A stretch of 64,000 nt of DNA from contig NC_087248.1 in NCBI RefSeq assembly GCF_037042905.1, positions 15,066,001-15,130,000 of the forward strand, written 5' to 3'. The stretch comes from Lytechinus pictus (taxonomy: Eukaryota). Shown piece by piece: positions 20,101 to 32,100 of the stretch (position 1 is the first letter of the stretch; every line of letters starts with the position of its first letter). Made by a program: the position numbers and the translations under genes. The notes below the pieces were generated by a model. That model searched no databases, was not told the DNA's origin, and saw only the letters and a list, made by a program, of their open reading frames with translations.

Positions 20101-23100
20101 CCGGGGGGGGGGGGCAGTCTAATATATTCCTGTACACATGCATGACCAAAAAAATGTGTTTAAAGGGGTGTTTTTTCAGTTTTGGACGAGGGCTTCGCGT
20201 GCCCTCTTTAAGGGTATCAAAAACACCGATTTTCAAGAAAAAGGGTGGTTTTAAAAGACTGGTCAACTGTCAATCACGGGGTCAAATGTATTTAGGGTAT
20301 GTTTTTTCCCCAAGCTTTTTCCCAGGGGTCTAATTCTGGCGACAACTTGTTTAGGGGCCAAAATGTGTAAATAAAGCCCGCGAAAAACTTGTTGAGGGGG
20401 TTATTTTGCACACAGAGAAAAAACTTGTTTAGGGGGTGTTTGGAAATAATTTGGTCAAGCATGTGTACAGCAATACATTCGACTTCGCGCACAGGAGCAG
20501 GCAGCGCACTAGTGCTAGTTTACTTTAATGTGACTGTGATGCCTTAAAAATGAAAAAAAATTGGCAAAAGCGTAGGAAAAATTTACTGAAAAAAAAAAGA
20601 TCAAAATTTTGCAAAGAAATATGCTGCAAATTTCTCTCCCACCTCCTGGACCCTAGTAAACAGCTAATGCAAGCCGGTCGAGCCATGTCGGCCAGCGCAG
20701 CATAATCGCACACAATATTATGCACTAGCACAGCAAACAGATGTCGACTTTTTCCAATGAGGCATTGCGAGAATTTTGGCCTGTCCATTGCAACCGATAG
20801 ATGGCGCACCAAATTAGGTGAGAGTATCATGGAAAACTTTAGAAGTATATTTCAATGCTATAAATACCTAAACTACATGGACCACAGAAACTTAAAGAAC
20901 ATCAATTTTGCAGGAATGTCAGCATGACATAATAATATACCTCATCATTTGTCTGTAACATCTGTTCTATATAGCCAAGCTGAAGTTCCACGGACCATCT
21001 TTGTAGTAAACAGCATGATATCCACATCAAACCCAAGAGAACTACTTTATTTCCAACACCATTCAAATCTATCATGAAAAAAAAAACGATATCTAGTATT
21101 GTTCGTTAGCCATTTTCTTGTTCCCTATAAAAAATAAATAAATCATGATAAAAATTTCTAACCAATAAGAAGATTCAATTTGATTTGATACAATTTATTT
21201 TTAATACCATATTCAATTCTTAAAATAACAATACAAAACATATGAAAGATTTCATAACCAAATTAACAAATGAAAATGAAATGGAGAACTACAAGGTACA
21301 TATATAAAACCACAAGGCCTCGTACAATTTTACAGTTTCCAAACAAAACATCAAACTCAGGAGAACTACTTGATTTCCAACACCATTCAAATCTATCATG
21401 AAGAAAAAACGATATCTAGTATTGTTCGTTAGCCATTTTCTTGTTCCCTATCAAAAAATGAATAAATAAATAAATAAATCATGATAAAATTTCTAACCAA
21501 TAAGAAGATTCAATTTGATTTGATAAAATTTATTTTTAATACTATGGGGAACTTGGTCGCCCGCGCGAAGTGCTACAATACGCGCGACCGTGCGTGCGAC
21601 CATGCCCCCCAGAAACCCTCCATACGTACGCAGAATCAGGATCCCAAGATCAGACGCATTCTCACGTTCAGCTCTCGATCAGTACAGTACTACAGTCTAC
21701 TACGTATACGTCCCTCAAGTTCACACGAGTCATCAGGTTCTACGACAAGTCTACTTACAAGTTCTACGACAAGCTCTATATACTTACAAGTCATCGAAGT
21801 CTTCATCCTTTGTAAGATTAAGACGGATTGACCCAGGATTAAGGTGAGTATATGGTTCTCGGTAATCCAGCTTACTTTATTTAGGTTAACATCCATATAG
21901 TCAGTTTACTATATATTGGCGCTGCGTATGAACACGACTCTGCGCTAGTTTTGTAAATGCAGTAAAAAAAGCGGCGCAGAAAACTAAATTGGCTAGACAT
22001 CGTTTTAAGTGCTTAAAAGTAGGGAAAAGTGTACCGTAGGGCGGCAAAGTAAATCGCACTCTTTATAAATTGTTTAAACTTTTGATTCAATCCGCCGTCC
22101 TACAGCGATATAGATCTGTATTATAGTTATCTTAAACAAATAATAGCAGTGTTTTAGGGCTTATTCTCAGCGTTTTTGCGTAGGTTTTAAACCCTTACAC
22201 TATCCCCTTAACCCGGTTTAAATTTTGGGTGTGGCAGGACGCCACGTAGGGCACGCCATTTATGCAAATAGCGTTAAACGTTTTCTATTGTTCGCCGCTC
22301 CCCGCATTCTATTGTGTGTTAGGGCTGAATGTATGCCTTGCCTGAGAGTTGCTTGGGGTGTGGTTCTGGCGATGATTTTGTATGTACCCCCTTTCCCTGT
22401 TAGGATTTAATTAAATTAGGATTTGAATTTTGATGTAGGATAATTAAATTTAGGAATTGTACGTAACTGAGATATATATTTATTGTTGAATTTGGCTGTT
22501 GGTGATTTAATGATTGCGTGATTGGTGAAAGATCGTATTGCTTAACCTGACTTTCCCCCCTTTAGCTGTAGCAGACGACGAGGAATCTACGTACGTTGAG
22601 TAGTTGAGTTATGATGATTCTGTATATGCCGTTCTTGATTCGTGAGGTCGTGTATTGATATTACGAGTGAAAACGAATTTTGACCATTTCTTATACAGAT
22701 TTTCCCGTCTTGCAGTAATCATTTTTTGGCGCCAGTTAGGTTGCCGTTTTACGGATTTATTCGGCGCCGTTTAGATTGCCGTTTTGCATATAGGGAGGAT
22801 TTTACTATTGCCGTTTTATAGGTGCGTGAAGTCTGAATTATACCGTGACTTTTTTGTATGGAATTATCCTAGTGTTATCTGGCTAAAACGGAGTTACCCT
22901 CATACGACTTTAGTACGTCGGGTTTCTCTTGTGGACTTTATTTAATGATCAATTTGATTTCATCTCGGTATTAAGATATCATCTCAAAAAAAAAAAATAA
23001 ATAAATAAATAAATAAAAATAAAAATAATAAAATAAGGAGTGATTGATATATTTTATATGCCGTTGCAAGCCACCAATGCTTATATTTAGAGTGGCATTA

Positions 23101-26100
23101 AGCTACAAATTTTAGTGGATGGTATTTATATTAATTAATTACTTAGTCAGTTGGTGAATACTTAGAGTATTTTTTGGAGCTTGAACATAAGTCTGGGGAC
23201 TCGACCAATTATATTATATTGGCCTAACTTGTCTTCGGATTTAGTGAATATACTCATTGATTCCCGTCACGTACATTGGTGACGCTCGTATTTCGGACAA
23301 TTATTGTGCTAATTTTATTTTAGGACTGAAAGTTAACTTTTGACTTTGTATTTTTATAATACGGTCCGTCTCATTATAATCCGACGCTACTTGCGTTAGT
23401 GTAGTTCCAAAAAACTCTCTCGTACTTAATCTGTTCAGACTTCCGTACACCCGTTGGGAATTTATTTAGAGAAAAAAACTTAATAGTTTATTGGAGTTAA
23501 AGATTATATATTTTGACCGTTATAACAATCTCTGGCCACCGGTAGTTTGTTGCAAAGTCGCACCTGCTGTCAATTAAAAGTACAACGATATTATTAATAG
23601 GGCCTTTGTGGATTGTTTAAGCTGATCTGGAGTAAGGATTTTGCTGGATCGTTTGGAGGTTTATACTTTGGAGTTCTTTAGGACAGAAATTTGTACTTAA
23701 CTTAGTTAATACTAGAACTTCTTGTTATTTCTATTGAATTTATTCGAGAAAAGAAATACTTATGTCAATTTTGCTTTGAAAACAAAAAAATACTTATATA
23801 AATTTTGCTTTGAATAAAGAAGAAAATAAAATTTTCATTCGGTTCTGAGATAGAAAGTTTTGAATCTGTAATTCGAGTTTATATAGGAAAGAATTATTCC
23901 AAACAAATTTGACTTTGAGATATAATATTTTAGAACTTCCATCTAATTATAAGAGCATAGGGTGCTTGTAATTTATTTCGGTATTCTTAGTTTATATCAG
24001 TATTTGGTCATTTTCTTTGGTCATCGACAAGCAAGGTCATTTTTAGTTTTTAATTATCTGAAGGGTGTTTTCAGTATACAAAGCTTATAGATAAGGGATA
24101 AGCAAAGTATATATATATACGCCCGAAGATAATTTAAACTTTTGTGTCAGCAGTGGAGGCATTTTCCACTTAGTACACATATAGGTGCTGGGTGCACCTG
24201 GTTAGCTCAGCATCGGAGTAGAGGCTAGTGTTTTATTTTCGGTATATTTACACATTTGTACTTTAATAATATAGGCCTCATATTGGCCATATCAGAGCTT
24301 TAAACCTTTGATAAATTTTAATAATTAGGTTTTCCAAACAAACTTAGTTTTTAGTTGTTGTTGTTTAGCTCTCTGGTAAGATTGATGATTGAAAGTGATC
24401 AATCCTATTTGGTGGTGATCACTGATCAGTGATAATTCTGATTTTCGAAGGAGCTTTACTCAGTACTTAGGTGCTTGTTAGCGTAAGATAGAACTTTCAA
24501 AATTTAGTCACCCTTCCTCGAATCATGTCCAAGATTCAAATTAATTGTTGTGAACCAGAGGAGCTATTGAAGGTCCCAGGAATTGGTAGTACTTTGGCCG
24601 AGCGAATATTGGTCCTCCGAGAGGCTAATGATATTACGATGGAAACTTTCTTAGATATTCCGCACATACGTAATGCCTCTGAGATTGCAGGGTATTTTGA
24701 TTTTGCCCCTTATGCTGTTTTAGAATCTGGCACAAATTCTACCGATTCTATTGAGGAAAGAGTGATAGTAGGCCCTGCTGCGGCAGGTGATGTAGCAGCA
24801 CAGGGCGATGAGCAGCCAACCCAATCCCCCTCTCCCTACCCTTTTGAATCCTATCCTCAAGATTCGTTGCCAGGACATCTTAAAATAGTAATGGGGAGAG
24901 AGAGTGGAGAGTCAGGGGCTGCCAGCTCACGCAGAGATAAGGTAGCTAGAGGCAATTCGCCCTCACGGAAGCATGTGGTTTTCTCTTCGCCGCGAAAACG
25001 CACACCCCCACCGAGGGAAGGTGAGGATGATGGGCTTTCTTCCCCTATGAAGTCACCCTCAAGTGACCAGGCCAGTCCTAGGTCATCTAGGGATCATGCT
25101 AACCCACCAAGGGGTAGCCACGGGTCACCTATATCTCGGTCACCCACATCTGGTCGCCACAACAGCCGCCGTGGATCACCACGTACAAACCGCCGGGATA
25201 GTCGATTTGATTCTCCTTTTCGGGATTATGGTGGGCGCCGACAAGGGTCACCTAGAGGTCACAGGCGGGATCGATATGATCATAGTAGGGATCGTTATGA
25301 TCGGAGTAGGGATCGTTATGATTGCAGTAGGGATCGATATGACTACTATAGGAACAGGTATCGCTATTCCCCTCGCCGATATCGAAATGACCGTTATGAT
25401 TCTCCCCCACGATATTATAGGGGTAATCACAGTCCGTGTAGAGGTCGTGATGATTGGCATAGGTCAAACTCTAACCGTTCCCACTCGCCTGACCATGGCC
25501 CTCGTAGGTCATCATCCCCCCGAAGAACACAAGACCACAATAGGCGGGATGCAAGACAGTCAAATGAAGACGTAGCAGTTGATTTATCATCGCGTGTTTT
25601 GCAATCACTATTTGCCATCAACCGTGCCCCTGAAACGCAGGCCCCCCAATCCCAAGAGCATGATTTCGAGTCCCACAACCCACCACCGGTACGAAGATCC
25701 TTAAGTACCAGTACAGGGGAAGGGGACAGACCCCGACTGGTTTCGGTGCCAAAGTCCATAACCTTTAACGGTACGGGCAGCTGGCAAGCCTTCATTGCGA
25801 AGTTTAAATTATTCGCCAGTGAGAATGGGTGGGACGCCAAACAATCGCGTAATTACTTATGTTGGACGTTAGATGGGGAGGCTAGCTCCTATTTAGCCAC
25901 GCTTCTTGAGCGAGAGCCCGATATGCCATATAACATTATGGTGAATAGGATGGAAAAGAGGTTCACACTTAAAGAAATGCCTGAGGTATCGCAAATGAAT
26001 TTCTCTTATGCAAGACAGGCCCCTGACGAGAATGTCACCAAGTGGGCTGCTCGGTTGCTTACCTTAGCCTCTCAGGCTTTTCCTAATTTGCCCGAGGCAT

Positions 26101-29100
26101 ATGTGCAGCAGCAGGTAGTGATGCGTTTCTGCCAGGGCTCCGCAGATAAGGAAGCTGGGCAACATGCACTCAATTCCAGACCTAAGACTGTGGAAGAGGC
26201 TGTTGATCTTGTTAAATGGTATCAACACTCACACCGAGCTATTTATGGGAAACCGCGCAGGGAGGTTAAACATGTCTCCTTGTCTGAAAAGACCCCCCTT
26301 GAACCAACCGCAAGGCAGGTGAGTGCGCCCCATACTTCCCCAGCGTATACCGTTTTAGAGCGAAGGGTTTCCGCTTTAGAAGGGAAGATGGACTCTGCAC
26401 TAAAGCAATTGGAAGCACTTGGGTCTTTGCCGGCTACTGTTCAAAGCCTAGCTGAGAGTGTAAAAAAGTTAGTAGTTTCTCCTCGTGGTAGAGGCAGAGC
26501 ATCTCCTGCCCGAGGGAATATGTCACCGGGTCGTATTGGTGCCTGCTTCCACTGTGGAAAGTCTGGACACTTCAAGAACGAGTGTCCAGAACGAGGCCCC
26601 CGACCGAGCGTTTCCTTTGTCTGTGAAGTTTTGGGAAACGATTCGGGATCGGAGGAGGAGGTCCGACCCCGATCCCACTAAAAGCGGACCCCAATTCTAA
26701 TTTGGATTCCGAAAATGCCAAAGTACTTTTACAGGATTCGCTCTCTCAAGAGGAGCAAGAAACAGATATATCCTTGGTAGTACTTGAGGCTAACAGGTCG
26801 TTGGATAGCAAAGACTCTCTTCCCAGAGGAAGTAAGGAACTGGGTGTTCCCTCTCCTGAATTGATTGTTAAAGAATCCGAACTGAGAGATGGCGGTCAGG
26901 ACGGTATTGGTATCACTGAAGGGTCAGGGAAAGTTCCGAGTGTCAAGGAACTCTCCTCTCCACCCCCCATCAGCCAGGTGATTGATACGCCTAGGCCTCC
27001 ATTGGAGCCCAGCCCCTGGTTGGTACCCCCCTGGCCACCCCCTGAAGAGGATCCGCAATTAGATAGCTGGATCCTGAAGGACCTCGAACAGGCCTCGGAC
27101 GTTGTAGTCTGCCGGATAAAGTCATCATCTACTTATAGCATAAATATATTGGTCGGTAACCAATTGATGCGTGCCGTAATCGATACTGCTGCAGAGGTGA
27201 CTATAATGTCTGATAAAATCTACCATGCACTACGCCCCGCTCCTCCAGTTATTAGGTCAGTCGTCCTAAATACAGCTGGAAGAAATATGAGTATGACTGG
27301 AATAATTGTAGGACCGGTTGATATGACCCTAGGTGGCCAGACGTTTAGTGAATGCGTCTATGTTGCCCCGATAGACGATGATATGCTGCTTGGAGCTGAT
27401 CTCCTCAAGAAGCACAGTGCATTCATCAATATACCGGATTCCTTGTTAATCTTTCAGGGCGAGTGCATTACCATGACTTGTGGTGAAGACACTGATACCT
27501 CTCAGGTTTTCGTTTCAAATTCTGTGACCATCCCCCCAATGTCAGTCAAACGAGTACAATGCGAACTTGATTCTTCTTGCACGTTTGACCAGTTTATGGT
27601 AGAGCCGGATGTTGCCCTTATAGGATTGGTTCCCCGCACATTGCATTCTGGGAGTAGCTCTATACAGTTATATGCTGTGAATGCTACTGATGTTTCCATC
27701 CATTGGGATAAAGGTCAACACCTTGGACAGGCTTCTCGCGTAGGTTCTAGAGAACCCCCCGACTTTGACAATCCTATTCCAAGTGTCAGCCAGGTTGACT
27801 TGACTGGGGATGCCAAAATCCCCACCCATTTGGAAGATCTTTGGAAACGATCTTCGGAACACTTAATTCCTGAACAGCAAGGAATATTAAAGGGCTTGTT
27901 GCTAGAATTTGAGGGTGTCTTTGCCCGGGATGAATTCGACTTGGGTAATTTCACAGCCATTACCCATTCAATCGACACAGGCGAAGCTACGCCCATCAAG
28001 CAAAAGATGAGGCGTACACCCATGAACTTTGTTCAAGAGGAGCGAGCATGTCTTAACAAAATGCTGTCCGCCGGGGTGATCCAACCTTCGATGTCGGAAT
28101 GGGCGTCCGCCCCTGTCTTAATCCGAAAACGGGACGGTAGCGTCCGTTGGTGTATAGACTATCGTAAACTTAACAACGTTACGAAGAAAGATGTCTACCC
28201 GCTTCCTTGCATCGAAGAGTGTTTGGATACCTTAGCAGAGAATTCATGGTTCTCCAAACTAGATGCAAATTCTGCCTATTGGCAAGTCAATCTCAGGCCG
28301 GAAGACCGTGAAAAGACAGCATTTATCACCAAGTATGGTTTATACGAGTTTGTTCGCATGGGCTTCGGCTTATGTAATGCCCCAGCCACGTTCTCTCGAG
28401 CAATGAATCTCATCCTCAGGGGATTGAACTGGGATATCGCTTTAGCCTTCTTGGATGATGTTGTAGTGCTCGGCACCTCTTTCTCTGATCACGTCACTAA
28501 CATCAGACAGGTGTTGGAACGATTTAGGGACTTTAAGCTTAAGTTGAAGCCAAAGAAATGTTCCTTCTTCCAACGTCGGGTAGAGTTTCTTGGTAGAGAG
28601 GTTGATGGGAATGGTCTCCACCTTAAGGAAGAGCATGTTCAAGCCGTAGTGGACTGGCCCACCCCTAAGTCCACAAAGGAGGTGGAACGGCTCCTCGGAC
28701 TTGTAAATTATCACCGTGTCTTCCTTAAAGACTATGCCCAGGTTGTAGGGCCACTATATGGCCTCACTGGGAACAATGACTTCCGCTGGGAGGACCAGCA
28801 TCAAGTGGCTTTTGAGGAAGTCAAGAGGCTCATGACCACCGCCCCTATCCTCGCACTACCCAACTCCACGGATCCGTTCATTCTGGATACCGATGCGTCT
28901 GGCACAGCTATTGGGGCTGTTTTAACCCAAGTCCAACAGGGGCAAGAGCGAACTATTGCATATGGCAGTTTTTCCCTGACCCCTGAACAACGACGCTATT
29001 GTGTAACCAGGCGTGAGCTGTTGGCAGTGGTACGGTTTACCCGCCAGTATAGGCATTACCTCCTCGGAAAACCTTTTACAGTTCGCACGGACCATGGGAG

Positions 29101-32100
29101 TCTGACATGGTTAATGAACTTTAGGGAGCCTCAAGGGCAGCTTGCCCGGTGGCTCGAAGAACTGGGCCAATATGATATGGCAGTTGAACACCGCCCTGGC
29201 AAGAAACATCAGAATGCCGATGCATTGTCTCGTATACCCGACGGCGACTTTACATGTGAGAACTACCGTCTGGGTATTGACCCCAAGAGTTTGCCCTGTG
29301 GTGGTTGTGCATACTGCCTGAAGGCCCACACAGACTGGGCACACTTCACTGATGCTGTGGACAATGTGATCCAATTGGCACAAAGGAGTAAAGTTTCGGA
29401 AGTTACCCTTGACCCCGGAGAATCGGAGGACCTCTTTATCACTCACCTGGATATTGGTCCAATCGACGGTCCATTCTCTTTTAGGGTCAACGGGGTAACC
29501 CATGATGCCGGGTCTGGTATCGACCTCACCTCAATGGACTTTCTTCGGAAAGAACAAGAGGCTGATGGTCAACTGACCCCCTTGCGCAAATGGCTGCTCG
29601 ATAAAGAGGAACCAGACGAGGGAACTGTTCTTCTGTGGGACCCCGCTGGAAAGTTCCTATGGGTCAACCGAGAGCTGTTTGTGCTTAAGGATGGTGTCAT
29701 TTGGCGTAAAGGCGATGACAATCTCCTACTTGTAGTGCCCAAGTCTTTGCGTACTGAAGTGATCAAGCTAAATCATGATCCTCCTTCAGCAGCTCATGCT
29801 GGTGTGAACCGTACTAAAGGTAAACTTCGGTCCAAATACTACTGGTATGGTATGTCGGGCGACATCCAAGAGTATATTCGGAGATGTGCCGTCTGTAATA
29901 AAAATAAGAAAGCCGTGAGGTATGGGAAACACCCCATGATAACTTATCATGCGGGGGCCCCGATGGAACGTGTACACCTCGATTTCATGGGTCCTTTACC
30001 CAAAACCTCACGAGGTAACGTGTACATCTTGATGATGGTGGACCAGTTCACCAAGTGGGTTGAGTGTGTCCCACTGCCCTCTCAGACAGCGGAAGTAACT
30101 GCTCAGGCAGCCATTAGCGAGTTCTTTTGCCGCTTTGGCTATCCATTCCAGATTTTTACTGATCAGGGCAGAAATTTTGAGAGCAGGTTATTCACGAACA
30201 TCTGTAAACTGCTCCATATACATAAGGCTAGGACTTCCCCGTACCGACCTTCCGCAAACGGCCAGGTTGAACGTTTCAACCGAACCTTAATGGATGCGGT
30301 AAGGTGCTACATTGGGAAGTCCCAGACTCATTGGGACCACAACCTCGCCCAGATCGCTGGAGCGATTCGTTCCACGATCAACCGTAGTACGGGATTCACG
30401 CCCAATCAATTGATGCTGGGGCGTGAAACTAATCAACCAGCGGAGCTGATTTTTCCACTTCCCCCATCCGTCTCTGACCGACCTCTGGATGAATATTCAT
30501 CTCAGAGCATCCGAGAGGCGCACGATGCTGCGAGAGCCACCCTCCGGAATACACAGCGACGGTTGAAGCGGGATTACGACATAAAGGTATACTTGCGGCA
30601 ATTTAAAGAAGGGGACCGAGTATACCTTCTCGCCAAGGCGACCCCCAAGGGAAAATGCAAGAAGCTGCAATCTCCCTGGAAGGGTCCGGCTATTATCGTG
30701 AAGCGATATACCCCTTATGTATACCGGGTGATCTATCGGAACAAGGCCCTGACTGTAAACCATGACCAGCTCAAAAGGTGCCTTGACGAGGCCAAGCCCT
30801 CAGGCCCTGACTGGAGGAAGGAAAGGTATTGCTACTGTAGAACCCCCGACGATGGATCGTTCATGATTCAATGTGATGGGTGCGATGAGTGGTTCCATGG
30901 TGCATGTGTTGGTGTTACCCATGCGGAAGGAATGTCTATTGACAAGTATTTTTGTCCTTTTTGTAGCTGTGGGTAACCCATTTCCTTTTCTCTTTTCAGA
31001 TGGATGAGCTAGAACTCCACGCCGAGTCAACCTTCGAGGTGGAAATGGACACCCGGCCCCCCTCTACCCCCCCAGAGGCTATCCCTCCAGAGGCTGCCTG
31101 GCAAGCAGAAATAGATGCACGGATGGGCCCAATCCCGCCCCCTGGCAGTAGACAAAAACGTACGTGGCTCCGTAAGTTGCGTCGATTACGGAGTCGGTTA
31201 AGGGCAGGGTCCAGGGATTCCCCTAATTCCCTAAAGGAAACTCCCGGTCCTGCCCCTGTCATGATGAAGGGCGTTAAGCCATCCAAAGGAATGGGGAGGG
31301 GGAGAGGGTTTGCAAGGGTCCGCAAGGGTCCCATAACACCCGGCACGCCCGGTACTTTCCATAGTAAGGGGAGAGGGAGGGGTCTCTTGAATTACCTCAA
31401 CCGAGAAGATTTCTCTTTAATGGATGCCCCCGCCCCTGCTCCGAGCTCCCATCCCCCGCCTCTGCTAGGGTTTGATAGCCATTTTCACCCAGACAGGTGT
31501 GGTTGGTACAGTAAGAGAAAGGGGAAGAGCGTGGTGACAAAGCACCCGGTAGAGATAGTCGGAGGGGTCCTGAACTTCTGTGACCCAGAGTTCTTTATGG
31601 ACCCCGGCTTTCTTTCCCGGGTGCTGGCTCACAGCCCCCCATACAACAAGAGGGACGGGAGCTGGAGATTAGCAGTAGGGATACACCCTAAACAGGCCTC
31701 GCAGTACACCGAAGATCAGTGGCAGCGTTTGGTTGCCCTACTTCAAAGCCCCTTGGTTGTAGGCGTAAGCGAACTGGGCTTTGACTTTTCTGTCAACTCC
31801 CAGTGGTGGCCTGACCAGGAAGCGCTCTTTCTGCGACTTCTTGGTCAGGGCACCCAAGGGAGGGTCCTTATCCTTCACCTAAGGGGTGATTCGAAGAATA
31901 ATACCGCGTACGCGGCGCACACTTTGGCCCGCCGGCTTCTTGCAAAGCACTGCTCCCCACTCCAAAGGATACACATCCATAACTTCTCCAGCGATGCTTT
32001 GCAAGCCGGGAAATGGATCGCTGCCTTTCCATATTGCTATTTCGGTATTGCCGGGATGGCAGCGTACTTCACAACAGAACAAATTCAAGGCCTTAGGGCC

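Noticed and set aside
21481-21896. Short ORFs overlapping the LTRs (also 33343-33755)
   Set aside because: Duplicated only because the LTR is duplicated; no recognisable domain.
26702-26704. TTG initiation of pol as given in the ORF track
   Set aside because: The frame is open from 26627, and a slippery site plus pseudoknot explains expression as Gag-Pol.
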